Source: Sphaerodactylus townsendi
Taxonomy: Eukaryota
Assembly (NCBI RefSeq): GCF_021028975.2
Contig: NC_059434.1
Coordinates: 34,100,001-34,164,000, forward strand
Reading direction: 5' to 3'
Length of the DNA: 64,000 bases
The notes below the pieces were generated by a model, which did not search any database, was not told the DNA's origin, and was given only the letters and a program-made list of their open reading frames with translations. Shown here one piece after another: positions 25,934 to 37,387 of the stretch; the first letter of the stretch is position 1; each line of letters starts with the position of its first letter. The position numbers were made by a program, and so were the translations under genes.

Positions 25934-27292
25934 TTAAAACTATTTGTGCCTGCTGCACACATACATGGGTTATTTGCAGATGCGGTTTTTAATACTGTTT
26001 ATTGTATTGCACTGAACGCTGCTTTTATTGGGGTTTTTAGCACTTATGTTTTTGGAGTTTATATTGTTTTATGATCTGTATTAGTTTGATACTCCATCTG
26101 TTTTTGTGTGTGTTATGTTGTGCACCACCCAGAGTCCTTTGGGGGAAGGGCAGTATATAAGTCTGATTATAAATAAATACATGCCTTCCATTTGCAGACA
26201 CTTCGGTAATGATCGATGCATGTCAGCACGCCAGTTCGAATGTGTTTTCCAGGAAGACACTTTTGCAATTATTGAAACGCCCTTGAGCTCTTCACCTTTA
26301 TTGCCAGAGCTAAACAACCAAAAGGGTGACTTTCAGGACCAGTCATTAGAACTCTCCAGCTGAGCTTTGGGAGAAAAAATCAGCTCCCCTCCACCCAGTG
26401 GCATAATGCCAATGGGGACATCCCATTGAAGAATCACAGAAGGCAAAATGCACACTACTTGCCTTCATTTTTGGTGTGAAGCTCCGGGGAAGAGGCAAAC
26501 TTTCCCAACATTTCAAACGCACGGAGCTTCGGTCCTTCGTGGCACAGTGAGTGTGGGGGAGGGAACAATCTCTGTGTTACAGGGAGATTTCCCTGAAGGG
26601 AATCAAGGCTTACTGCAGAAGTGACCACATGTACATAAATGCCCTTACTGTCAAACCTGAAGTGGGCACAACTAAGAATGAACCAATGCTGGCAATACCA
26701 ATTAAGGATCCTTTTGCCTTTCCAATAACAAAGTAAAAAAAATAATTATAATAGTCGAAAACAGAACCTCACATAGCAATCAGGAATGCTCAGTCACCTG
26801 CTGGTTTTGATTGTGTTCTGTTTCCTTGTTACAGTTAAGGCAGTTAGTTTACAGAATTGTTTGGCTACACTTGAATAAATTGGGATGTACCTTTTCAATT
26901 ACTGCTTCCTTGCAGCTACTGCCTCCTCATCTGTCTGCCTACACCACCTCCAATCATTTAAATTAATATAGTTTAAATGTATTTTTAGTTGAGATTTGCT
27001 GTCTACTTAGTAAACTTTTACTATGCCCTTCTTCCAAAAGTTCTGGGTGGCATGCATCATTCTTTCTTCCTCACAGCAGCCCCATGAGGTAAGCTGTAAA
27101 TTGAGAGAGAATTACTAGTTTAAAGTTTAAAGGCACCTAGAGAACTTCATTGCAGACTGACGTCTTGAACTGGAGTCTCCAGATCATAGTCTGACACTAT
27201 AACAACTATACCACGCTATCCCCATACTACTTAAATGCCTCTGTATATCTTTTGTGTCTGTCTGTGAGTCTTACCAATCTTGTTATCCATTG

Positions 27293-27418
27293 AGAACCAG
27301 TTTGGCATAGTGGTTAAGACCAGCAGAATCTAATCTGGTGAGCTCAGTTTGTTTCCACACTCCTTCGCATGAAGCTTGCTGGGTGACCTTGGATAGTCAC
27401 AGTCCTTTCAGAACTCTT
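27293..27418 (+). mobile_element. Squam3-like SINE 5' fragment
   Basis: A-box TGGCATAGTGGTTAAG and GCTGGGTGACCTTGG.TAGTCACAG core. Confidence 0.6.
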
Positions 27419-28439
27419 GCATTTTCCTGATAGGAATCTTTATTTTGTTTTAAATTTTGGATATATTTTCAAACAATAACTGTCTCCCACTGGAATCTTA
27501 CCAATGTAGCAACTCCTCATAGCCTTCCTATTCTCAAAAGCGATTGAAATATGTTGTGTTTTGCACCTGTTCATGGACTTTAACCACTGAACCTTTACAA
27601 ACATCTCTTAAAATATATTATTCACATTAGTGTTTTTTTAACCTATACCTAGAAATATTAAGTCTTTTTAGCAGAATAACACTAATTGAGTTTGGTAAAT
27701 GGTACAGTCATTTTTAGTGTGCTCCTTAGTACAGTTCAATATCTACCTAACCTTTGTATAACAATAATTTAGACCTTTTTATATGTAGGTACTGCACAGG
27801 CAGTAAATCACCCAAGCTACCATCAGGCTGCCTAATGGAAGTTCCGCTAAGTCACTTGGCATAGTGCCACTAAAAGAAATCCTCATCCCTTTTTTCTCTC
27901 TCTTTCTTATTCTTTTTCAGAGATGAAAAAACCTTTCAAGAAATAATATTTGTTGTTACAGGAATTGTTGCTTCTTCCCTGAGTACATTGCAATAGCAAA
28001 TTCCTGTACTCGCTTGGTTTCTAACTGAAAAATATCTGAAAGAAATAGTTTCAGACTTGTAACATGAATTTCTCTTCTTAGAGGTCCACATTCATTGTCC
28101 ACTGCAAATCAAATATCTGGTTGAGTCTTTATGGAATAGGTTTGCTTCTACCTCAAAAAAATTTTATGTAGAAGAAGATGAACAGGCAATGGCTGACAGA
28201 TTGCTTCCTCTATAGTTCCATTAGCCATCCCTTTCATTTAAATACTGTGCACCAAGATCACATGCAGACACAGATCATTAATATAATTCTTTTCATATCA
28301 TCAAACATCCATGCCACTATAAAACGTTACATAACCCTCTCTCTTCCAGCGAGAACATCTTTAAACAACAGCAACCGAAACGGATGCGTGGTACACCATA
28401 TTGATGAAGAAATTGGGAAGTTGAACTCTACAGACTGAC

Positions 28440-29950
28440 TACTACCCCCAAATGCCCCGCCAACTGGCCTTGAGACCATCTCCTGGAACATTGCTGGGTG
28501 GGCAAATAAGACACTGAACTCCGAATTTACCCACTACCTCACCCAATTCCATATCATTCTATTACAGGAGACATGGATGACCTCCACAATTAACATTCAT
28601 GGTTACAAATCATTTACACTTCATGCTTCAACTTTAAAGAAGAGAGGCAGACCATCAGGAGGCTTAGCAACATTTATATCTCAAGGAATTGCCTCAACCG
28701 AACTTGATGTGTGTGAACCAATTGCACAGGCGATCAAAATACTGTACAATAACAAAAGCTTTATTCTAGTAAATGTATACTTCCCCCCAAGAAATGGGTC
28801 AGTAGCTAATGACAGTGATTGGAGAAGACTGTCAAATTTTATAGGTGACTTAGAAGCCAAGCATCCCAGTCAGGAGTTAGTAGTGGCGGGGATTTTAACG
28901 CCAGGGTAGGAAACGATCCCATCCAATTATGTTCCCAAGAAGATATAGATCAAGAACACCTTCAGCTACACTTTACACCATATGCAAGGAGATCTAAGGA
29001 TCTAAATTCCAACTCAAATGGGCTCCATTTAGCCAAATTGGCCCTCCTACACAACAAAATCTGGCTAAACGGACTGGACTAAGTTTCCAAATGCAGGCGA
29101 ATTTACTTTCATCTCTTCCCATGGGTGCAGCGTAATAGACTATATACTCGTGTCTCCACACTTGTTAGCCATTCTCCAAGCCTTTAGGATAGGGGATTCT
29201 ATGATTAGCGATCACCTTCCACTCATCCTCTCCCCGCAGAGACCTCTACTGCCAAAATTTCAAACTATAAGGCAATTAACACAACTCCCATAATAAGATG
29301 GTCAACCCAAACATGCAATAAAACCAAGGAAGCACTAAGCAACACCACCTGCAAGTTTCTAGGCTCCTCAGTAGTTATTGCAGATAATGTTAGCAGCAGT
29401 ATAGGAAATTATGAAAAACTTGTTTCATATTTGGTGTCCCTTTTAGGGGAACAAGAGGGAAGAAATCTCAAAGGCAGAGACTGGTTTGACGCTGAGTGCA
29501 AATATTTGAATCAACAGATTCGGATCACATTACAATAGATTTAGGGGCCTCCAAGGCCAAATTCCCGCCTCCTGAATTCGTTTAGTCTCCAAAACAGACT
29601 CTATGCAACCACATCAAAATAAAACGTCAAGAGTCAATAAGGCGCAACTGGGAGCAACTACTATATGCCACCCTATCCAATAACACAAAACAATTCTGGC
29701 AATTAACAAATAGGGGCATGTGTCAAAATCTCCCAATAGCTGCCGACATCACTCCTTCATTATGGCAGAAACACTACTCTGGAATTTTTTACTCCGACCA
29801 AGAGATTGACCGAAGCTCTAGCATGAGCCCAGCCGAGGATTTGCCTGAATGGGCCCCAGTTAACAGGCGAGAGGTTATTGAATTAATTCACCAACTAAAG
29901 TCTGGGAAAGCAGCTGGCCCTGATATCATTGTAGCAGAGATGTTAAAAAC
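28440..29950 (+). mobile_element. LINE ORF2 5' half (APE endonuclease to start of RT), RTE-X-like, decayed
   Basis: ISWNIAGW, ILLQETW, RGRPSGGLATFIS, LVNVYFPP, AGDFNAR (frameshift), RRSKD..NSNG, GEFTFISSHGCSVIDY, SDHLPL, DWFDAECK, LKSGKAAGPDII.AEMLK. Confidence 0.88.
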
Positions 29951-30049
29951 TGTTAAAACGTTACATCATAATGTTTTAAAATATTAAATGGCTTTACATA
30001 TGTCCTATCAGGTCACCAAAACTGAGCAGGGTTGGAATTTGAAAGGCAG

Positions 30050-30120
30050 ACCCCCAAGGAAGACTCTGCAGAAGAAGGCAAACCTCCTCTGCTTTCCATT
30101 TGCCTTGAAAACCCCTTGCT
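30050..30120 (+). mobile_element. RTE/BovB-related SINE tail fragment
   Basis: GGCAAACCTCCTCTG...TTGCCTTGAAAACCCC; reverse copy at ~63505-63580. Confidence 0.45.
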
Positions 30121-30490
30121 TGGTTTGATAGCACTTTACACATATCAGCCTGAATACCAAAGAATCAGCCCATTCAGCGTTGGTTGCAGAGTTGGATCCT
30201 GCAATGTGACCTTGGAAAGATTCTTGCTATTTGCAAATGGCTGCAACACAGCAATCTGTTATGGTTTGCCTTGATCAGTTCCACACAACTTTTCATTTTG
30301 TGAAAGGCATGCAAAATAAATACAATTTTGCCTTCTCTCCAGTAATTCAGTGAATTTTATTTGCCAGCAGCAAAGAGATATTAATTTTTTAAAAAATAAT
30401 AATAATTTAAGAAAAATTAGGGTAGGCACTATTTCATTCACAGGAAAAAATGACTTCCATCTGAACTTTTATGCTGTGCTGCAGAGCTAG

Positions 30491-30787
30491 ACATAAGAAC
30501 ATAAGAACATAAGAACAAGCCAGCTGGATCAGACCAAAGTCCATCTAGTCCAGCTCTCTGCTACTTGCAGTGGCCCACCAGGTGCCTTTGGGAGCTCACA
30601 TGTAGGATGTGAACGCAATGGCCTTCTCTGCGGCTGTTGCTCCCGATCACCTGGTCTGTTAAGGCATTTGCAATCTCAGATCAAGGAGGATCAAGATTGG
30701 TAGCCATAAATCGACTTCTCCTCCATAAATCTGTCCAAGCCCCTTTTAAAGCTAAGCCCCTTTTAAAGCTAAGCCCCTTTTAAAGCT
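30491..30787 (-). mobile_element. CR1 LINE 3' end, copy 2, with triplicated 17-mer at its 5' junction
   Basis: (AAGAACAT)n tail; nearly identical to 49136-49397; AAGCCCCTTTTAAAGCT x3 at 30737-30787. Confidence 0.9.
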
Positions 30788-31309
30788 AAAGAGAGACTAG
30801 GGTTGGCGGTTCGGCCCCTCCCGAACGGCAAATCAGGCCGAGATCAGCCAGTTCGGAGGTCGGAGGGCCGAGGAGCCGAGCCACTGCCCCCCTCCTCACT
30901 AAACGCAATCCAGAAGTTTGGCCCTTCCCCGAGCCAGCGGCTTCTCCGGAGTCCAGCCTGGGGAAAATAAAATTTAACTCCTTCTGGCCCAGCTCAAAGC
31001 CTCCTGGCAAGCTTGCAGGACGAAGCGGAGCTTCAAGTAAGCTTGGGACGAGCAGCTTCAAGTAAAAAAAAACAAAAACAAACCCTACTCCGCCCATAGG
31101 CGCCGCTCCCCACCCACTCCTGCCACAAGTCCTACAAGCACCCACCCCACCCAGCCTCATTTCCCACCCAGCCCGGCCAAGACCCGAAGACTTGTGCAGC
31201 TCCTGGCAGGTGGCCCGGTGGGATGAGTGGGAGCTTCAAACTAAAAATAAAACACAGAATGGTCCCCACAAAGTTTCCCACCCAAAAGAGACCCCACTTA
31301 CCCACAGTG

Positions 31310-32180
31310 TCACTGGGCCTTTCCCCACTGCCGTAAGCCCAGCTGCCAGGGAGAGTAGCGGGGGTTCATCTCCCTCCCGGCAGGGGCGGCCACAGCCTGG
31401 CCGCCCGCCCGCTGCCGCTGGGCCTTTCCCCACTTACGTGAAGCCCGGCTGCCAGGAGAGTAGCGGGGTTCCTCCCTCCCTCCCACGGCAGAAGCGGCTA
31501 CAGCCCGCCCCCCGCTGCAGCTGGGCCTTTCCCCTGCAGTGGCCCCAGCTGCCAGGGAGAGTGGCGCGGGGTTCCTCCCTCCCATGGCAGGGGCAGCCTG
31601 ATACAGCAGCCCGCCTCCTGCCGCTGCCGCTGGGCCTTTCCCCCCCCCACTTACCGTAAGCCCAGCTGCCAGGGAGAGTGGCGGGGTTCCCCTCCCTCCC
31701 ACGGCAGGGGCTGACTGCAAGCGCAGCCGCCCCCCCCGCTGCGGCTGGGCCTGCCCACCCCGTAGAAGCCCAGCTGCCAGGGAGAGTAAGCGGGGGTTCC
31801 TCCCTCCCGGCAGGAAGCGGCCACAAGCGCCAGCCGCGCCGCTGCCCGCTGGGCAGCACCACTTACCCGTGGCTCGCGCTACTTGAGGGAGGCGGGGGTG
31901 CCTCTCCCTCCCACGGCAGGGGGCGGCCACAGCACAACCGCCCTGCATGCAGCTGGGCCTTTCCCCCACTTACCGTAGGCCCAGCGTTACTTGAGGGAGA
32001 GATGGCGCGAGGTTCCTCCTCCATCCCACGGCAGGAAGCCCACAGCACAGCCCGCCCGCCGCTGCCGCTGGGCCTTTCCCCCACTTACCGTGAAGCCCGG
32101 CGCTGCCAGGGAGGAAGTGGCGCTGGGGTTCCTCCCTCCCTCCCCGCGGCGGGGGGCGGCCCTGGCGCGGTCGCCCCACC
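31310..32180. repeat. GC-rich minisatellite, ~7 units of ~115-120 bp
   Basis: Unit GGGCCTTTCCCCACTTACCGTAAGCCCAGCTGCCAGGGAGAGT.GCGGGGTTCCTCCCTCCCACGGCAGGGG... repeated with many indels. Confidence 0.9.
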
Positions 32181-32564
32181 GCTGCGCTGTCGTGCCCCTC
32201 GGCAGCGGCATCCCAGGCGCTCTTCTGAACGGCGAGGCGACCCGCGCAGGCGCGGGGTCGTGTGGACCTGGACGCCTGGGATGCACAGCAGCTGAGCAGC
32301 GCGCGGCATAGAGGGATGGAAGGGAGTGGGGGAGAAAGCCCACTGTCACAGGCTTCTCCACTCCAGTGGAAGGCAGGACAGCACAGTAAGGCTGGAAGAA
32401 GTGCTGGGGGGGAAGAGCAAAGCAGAGAATCCACATCCACAATGTTAGAAATGTGGCAGAAACAACACTTTAACTGAAAAAATCAACTACTTTAACTGAA
32501 CAACTAACTAAAACTTTGAAATAAATTTATGTGTGAGATTCCACCTGCCTGGGAGTTTCTTACC

Positions 32565-32980
32565 ACAGTGCACTTAAAACATGGTTAAAAGCATGGATCC
32601 TCAAGGATCCGCATGGTTTTCATAGTCACCAAAATCACCACCACAACATGGCACAAGTCATAGACACATGTCTGAACAAAGCAGTCACACATCCCATGCT
32701 TCATGGCCCAACAGTGCAGCAAACATGGTTAAAAGCATGGATCCTCAAGGATCCGCATGGTTTTCTTGATCTTAAAATCACCACCCGCACATCATGGCAC
32801 AAGTCCTTGGGTACATGTCTGCACAAAGCAGTCACACATCCCACGCTTCCATGGCCCAACAGTGCCCCAAAACATGATCAAAAGAATGGATCCTCTGATC
32901 CTAATGATTTTTTCTCTTGGTCACCCAAAATCACACAAACATCACACAGTAGCACAAAATCTGTTTTAAAAGCAAGGTTC
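32565..32980. repeat. Tandem repeat, ~3 units of ~145 bp
   Basis: AAACATGGTTAAAAGCATGGATCCTCAAGGATCCGCATGGTTTTC at ~32577 and ~32721, diverged third unit ~32870. Confidence 0.8.
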
Positions 32981-34585
32981 CTCAAAGGATCCTTTGGCCC
33001 CCTCAACCAAACTGCACCAAACCCTAGGGGGGTATGATCATGAAAGTCTCCAGATGATACCCTGAAATTTTGGTAGTCTCTAGCTTCTAAAAAATGTATT
33101 GTCAAGGAAGGCTTTAAAAAAAATGGTTTTGCATTTTCCGTCAACCCACCTCCCTCGACATTGGGTGATAATGGACCACCTACCTGTTTGTGGGTCCATA
33201 ACTTGGAGCCCCCTAGAACCAAACTGCACCAAACAATATGGGGTGTATGATCAGAATAGCGTCTGGGAGACACCCTGAAAGGGATTTGGTGGATGATACC
33301 TTTTAAAAATGCGCCCTCTGCAGGCACCCCAGAATTCCCCATTGAAAGCAATTGAAAAAAATTCAATTGCAAACCACAGGAATCTTAGGCCAAAATCCCT
33401 GGGGTGCCTGTAGGGGGAGCATTTTAAGAAGGGTATCAACTTTATGAAAAATTAATAGGGATTGCTATCTTCAGATCATACTGTTCCTGATCCCACATGC
33501 ACCCTAAGTTTGGCACAGTTTGGTTCAGGGGCCCATGTTATGAACCCTCAAAAAAACTTCAACCCTATATTCCATTGGCTTCCATTGACAACAATGGAAT
33601 ATGTAGACTATCTTTGAGGAGTCCCACATAACTTGGGCCCCCCCTAGAACCAAACTGCACCAAACTTGGCAGGATTGCATGATCAGAACAGTATTCTGAA
33701 GATACCCTGAAAATTTTCATGCCAATATCTTCCAAAAAAATGCGCCCCCTTCTGCGAGGCCATAGAAACAGGGGAAAAAAAACATCAAAAAAAAAATAAA
33801 AGCAGAACCCGAGAGTCTCGAGAATTTGGGTGTATCCGAGCCCTGGCAGTCCCAGGATATGGGGGGGATCCTGACCCCATACATCCGAATCTGGACCTCG
33901 AGACTCCGAACCCCGGGGCCAAATTTTTTCCCATTTTACCAACCCCTAAGCTATATAGCTATATATATGCAAGCTAAAGGAGAGACCCATATAGCTATAT
34001 AGTTTTGCTTAGCATGCTTGCTTATAGCCTTAACACATATGGAATGTATGAGTTGCATCCTTATGCAAGTGAAAGTCAGACAACCTGAGTATATCAAGGT
34101 CATTTGACTACTCTGACATGCAGTGGCTTTCCAGGATCATAAGTAAATGTTCTTTCACATTGGCTGATTCCTGATGCCTATTTTAATTGGTGATGGTAAT
34201 GACTGAAGCTGGACCTTCTGCTTGCAAAGTGGATCCTCTACCACTGTGCCAGAGCCCCATCCCAACATTAGTATTCTTTGAGGGTTAACACCAGTAGTGG
34301 CTTGATTGCTACTTCTTGCTCCTGTTATGGAGCACTGACTTCTTCCACTAAAATTCTGAATGTATTCATAATATAAAAAGAATTTAAGTATGTGTACATT
34401 GTGTGTATATCTAGCAGCAATAGACACTAGATACAAGCAATTCATCACTAACACAGCTGGCTTTTGAAAATCAGAAAGGCATTCTGGCCACTGGTTAAAA
34501 AAATGCTGCACTAAATGGAAACTTAATCAGATCTAGTTATGTAGCTGTGATGGAGAGAAAGCATAGTAGAATGGTTTGACTAGGA

Positions 34586-34740
34586 CAGGGGTAGGGAACC
34601 TGCGGCTCTCCAGATGTTCAGGAACTACAATTCCCATCAGCCTCTGTCAGCATGGCCAATTGGGCCATGCTGGTAAGAGACTGATGGGAGAATATAGTTC
34701 CTGGTAATTTATCTGAGAATGGCCGCAGGTTCCTACCCTG
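34586..34740. mobile_element. Palindromic hAT (Charlie-like) MITE
   Basis: CAGGGGTAGGGAACCTGCGGC...GCCGCAGGTTCCTACCCTG; central hairpin CAGCATGGCCAATTGGGCCATGCTG. Confidence 0.8.
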
Positions 34741-37387
34741 AACTACAGGGACCTTGAAGACTACTTGGGTTCGAATCTGCCTCAATCAGTTACCTCATCT
34801 TGAAGTGTCATTTTTTCTTGCCTAGTTCACTTAACAGGATTGCTGTGAGGATAAAATTGACAGGTGGGAAGATAAACAGTGTACACTTCTTGAGTTCTTT
34901 GTATGAAGGGAAAATTAAACATGTATGGAATTGATTGTTTCAGGTCTGATGTTTGTCTCAGAATGAATTGTCTTGCTTGTAGAAGACAGCACCTTAGAAA
35001 GCACCTTCCTTGCTTAGAAAGCACAGGTTCAGGCTTTACTTCACAACATAAGTTTGGCAAGAAATCGACGGCAGTCGAAAGAATAATATAGTGTGCAGAT
35101 TTCTTGCTGCAGTATTACACTTTCCTATGCATATGATGTGGTGCAGTAGCAAGTGCATCTTGCAATCTGCTATATTAAGTGTTGCAGAATCAAAATTGAG
35201 TTGATTATGGTACAACGGTGCTTGAGGTTGCCTGACCAAATGGTTATGCTTGCATCTTGGAGAAATGTCTACAGGAGGCATTCTCTTCATGATATAGTGG
35301 GTTTCCTTGTTCTTGTGGTTTACTAGCATTTTAGATTACTGTGATTGAATCCAAGATGGCTTCTAAACGATCTACAGTAGAACCAAGCTGACAATCATTG
35401 CTGTTTGCCTCAGGGTAAAGGTCTGAGGGGTTTTTTTTTCTTGTGCAACTAAATAACACCTTGGGAGGCATCACCTGAAACAGATCATGTAAATGTAAAT
35501 GTGACAGAAGTTAGTTGTACCAGTTAAAATAGATTATAAGCTGCCGAATCTGCTTCAATGAAACTAGATTGCTGGTCAGTCAGATCAGACTTTGATGCTT
35601 TATGTTTAATATTCTTTACAGGTTATAAAACTTTGTGTATTGTAATGACTGCATACTTATACAAATAATAATGCATGAAATTGTAGGTCATACAGAAGGT
35701 GCTATTACAAGTTGGCCATTTACTGCTGACAGCAGTTAAGTTTATGGTGTAAGTTATTCTCCATTTCCACTATATGGAACTTCACAAATGTTATTAAAGA
35801 AAATACAGCAGCCTGGTAAACATCCATTTTTCAAAGATGTCCACTGAATGCATTAAAAGGACATGTGTTGTAATATCATAACAGCCTTTCAGATGACCAT
35901 ATTTTTCCCAAAATGGATTGTTGTACTGGCCACTACTACAATCCCATTATTTTATTTTACTTGTGCCCAGAAAACTTGGCCCAAATCCATGTCTAATGTT
36001 TTCTGAACAGACATTTGCTACATAATTATGTGTGGGCTTGTGGCAGATGCTTAAAACACATCATCCAAAAGTGTTGGCTTTGGATGCTGCTGAAGCATGG
36101 ATGAGTCACTTCCTCACCCAGAAAACATTCATGGCCCTTCTATCTGTACAGCATCCCTTTTGCCAGATGTCTCTATTTCTCTGCTATCATATTCCTTTCT
36201 CAGTTCTCAAAATGCCTTCTCACATCCAATAAACCCAGTCTTTCAGGTTTATAGCCTCTCTGCATTTTCAGAGAGATCCACAAATGGCAGATATTTGTTA
36301 ATGTGGTATCCAAGATTTGTTTAGAATTCCATCCAGATCCTGAAGACATTGAAAATTGTCTTCAACTGTTCTTGAGAACTCTAAAAGATCTCTGGGAAAG
36401 CCAGTGCTGCTCTTCTGTTTTATGTGCCAAGGGAATCCCTACTTGTATTTTTCCTATGCATACACAGAACAGGCCACATTAGCCTTGACAAGGGACAATG
36501 CCTGTTTGAACAGAGTAATATAACACTGGAGTCACCCCATGTGATGAAAGTATTTGAAGTGGGACAACAACAAGGATGCAATTAGAAATGTTTTCTGACT
36601 CAAGTCAAATATTCCCACTTTGAGAGTTTTTCTCCTCACCTTGTGAGAAATGTGTCTATACTATAAGTCTAGATTGTTGCACTGTTTTCAGTCTCCTTGT
36701 AACGAATTTCCCACTAAAATTAATGCGGTTTTTTACTCTTTATTTTAAATGCTTCTTTTCTCAGGTCAACAAAGCACAACTATTAGGGCCAGTTCTAGGT
36801 CTTGGAGAGTGCCAGGCAGACAACTTCTATGGCTCTTTTCCCCTCCTTTATTCATTAATAGGGTCTACCACTCTTGCCCTTCTTCCCTCCCATCCATCTT
36901 CATGCCACTCATTGGCCTCTGCATCCTTCCTCTGCGCATGAACCCTATCACTGTCCATGTTCACAGCTCTCTGTACTATCTCCAAAACCTTTGCTGGTGG
37001 CACAGTGCAATGCATGCAACTGAAATCACAAGTGATGGAGTGATAAAAAGTGAGCGAGGAGGGGATCAGCATCTGTTTGATTATTCAGTGTCCTTTTAGT
37101 CTTTACAAGGCCACTATTTTCAATGGGCTACTGATTTTGGCCCTTTAAATTTTAACAGCTGACATTGGTGTGTGGTCCTTCTTTCTCCCTCCCTCCCTGC
37201 TTCAGCAGTTCCCTTAAACTAAAATTCTCAGAGATAAATTATCATAATTTCTAGAAACTGAGAGTATTTGGGGTCATTTTAGATATTCCAAAAAAGACCT
37301 GAAACAGCTAATTTGGGGTTTAATTTCAACTCAGATAAATCTGAATCCCTCAGATGTATTCAAAACCTTTTTCTGTTTCTACTTTAA

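Larger units (their letters stand above)
30798..33948. mobile_element. ~3.15-kb non-autonomous hAT-like element with internal tandem arrays
   Basis: Termini TAGGGTTGG / CCAACCCCTA; subterminal CCGA/TCGG motifs at both ends; no transposase ORF. Confidence 0.7.

Noticed and set aside
31192-32477. Many overlapping 100-220 aa ORFs on both strands
   Set aside because: By-products of a stop-poor GC-rich minisatellite; no domain.
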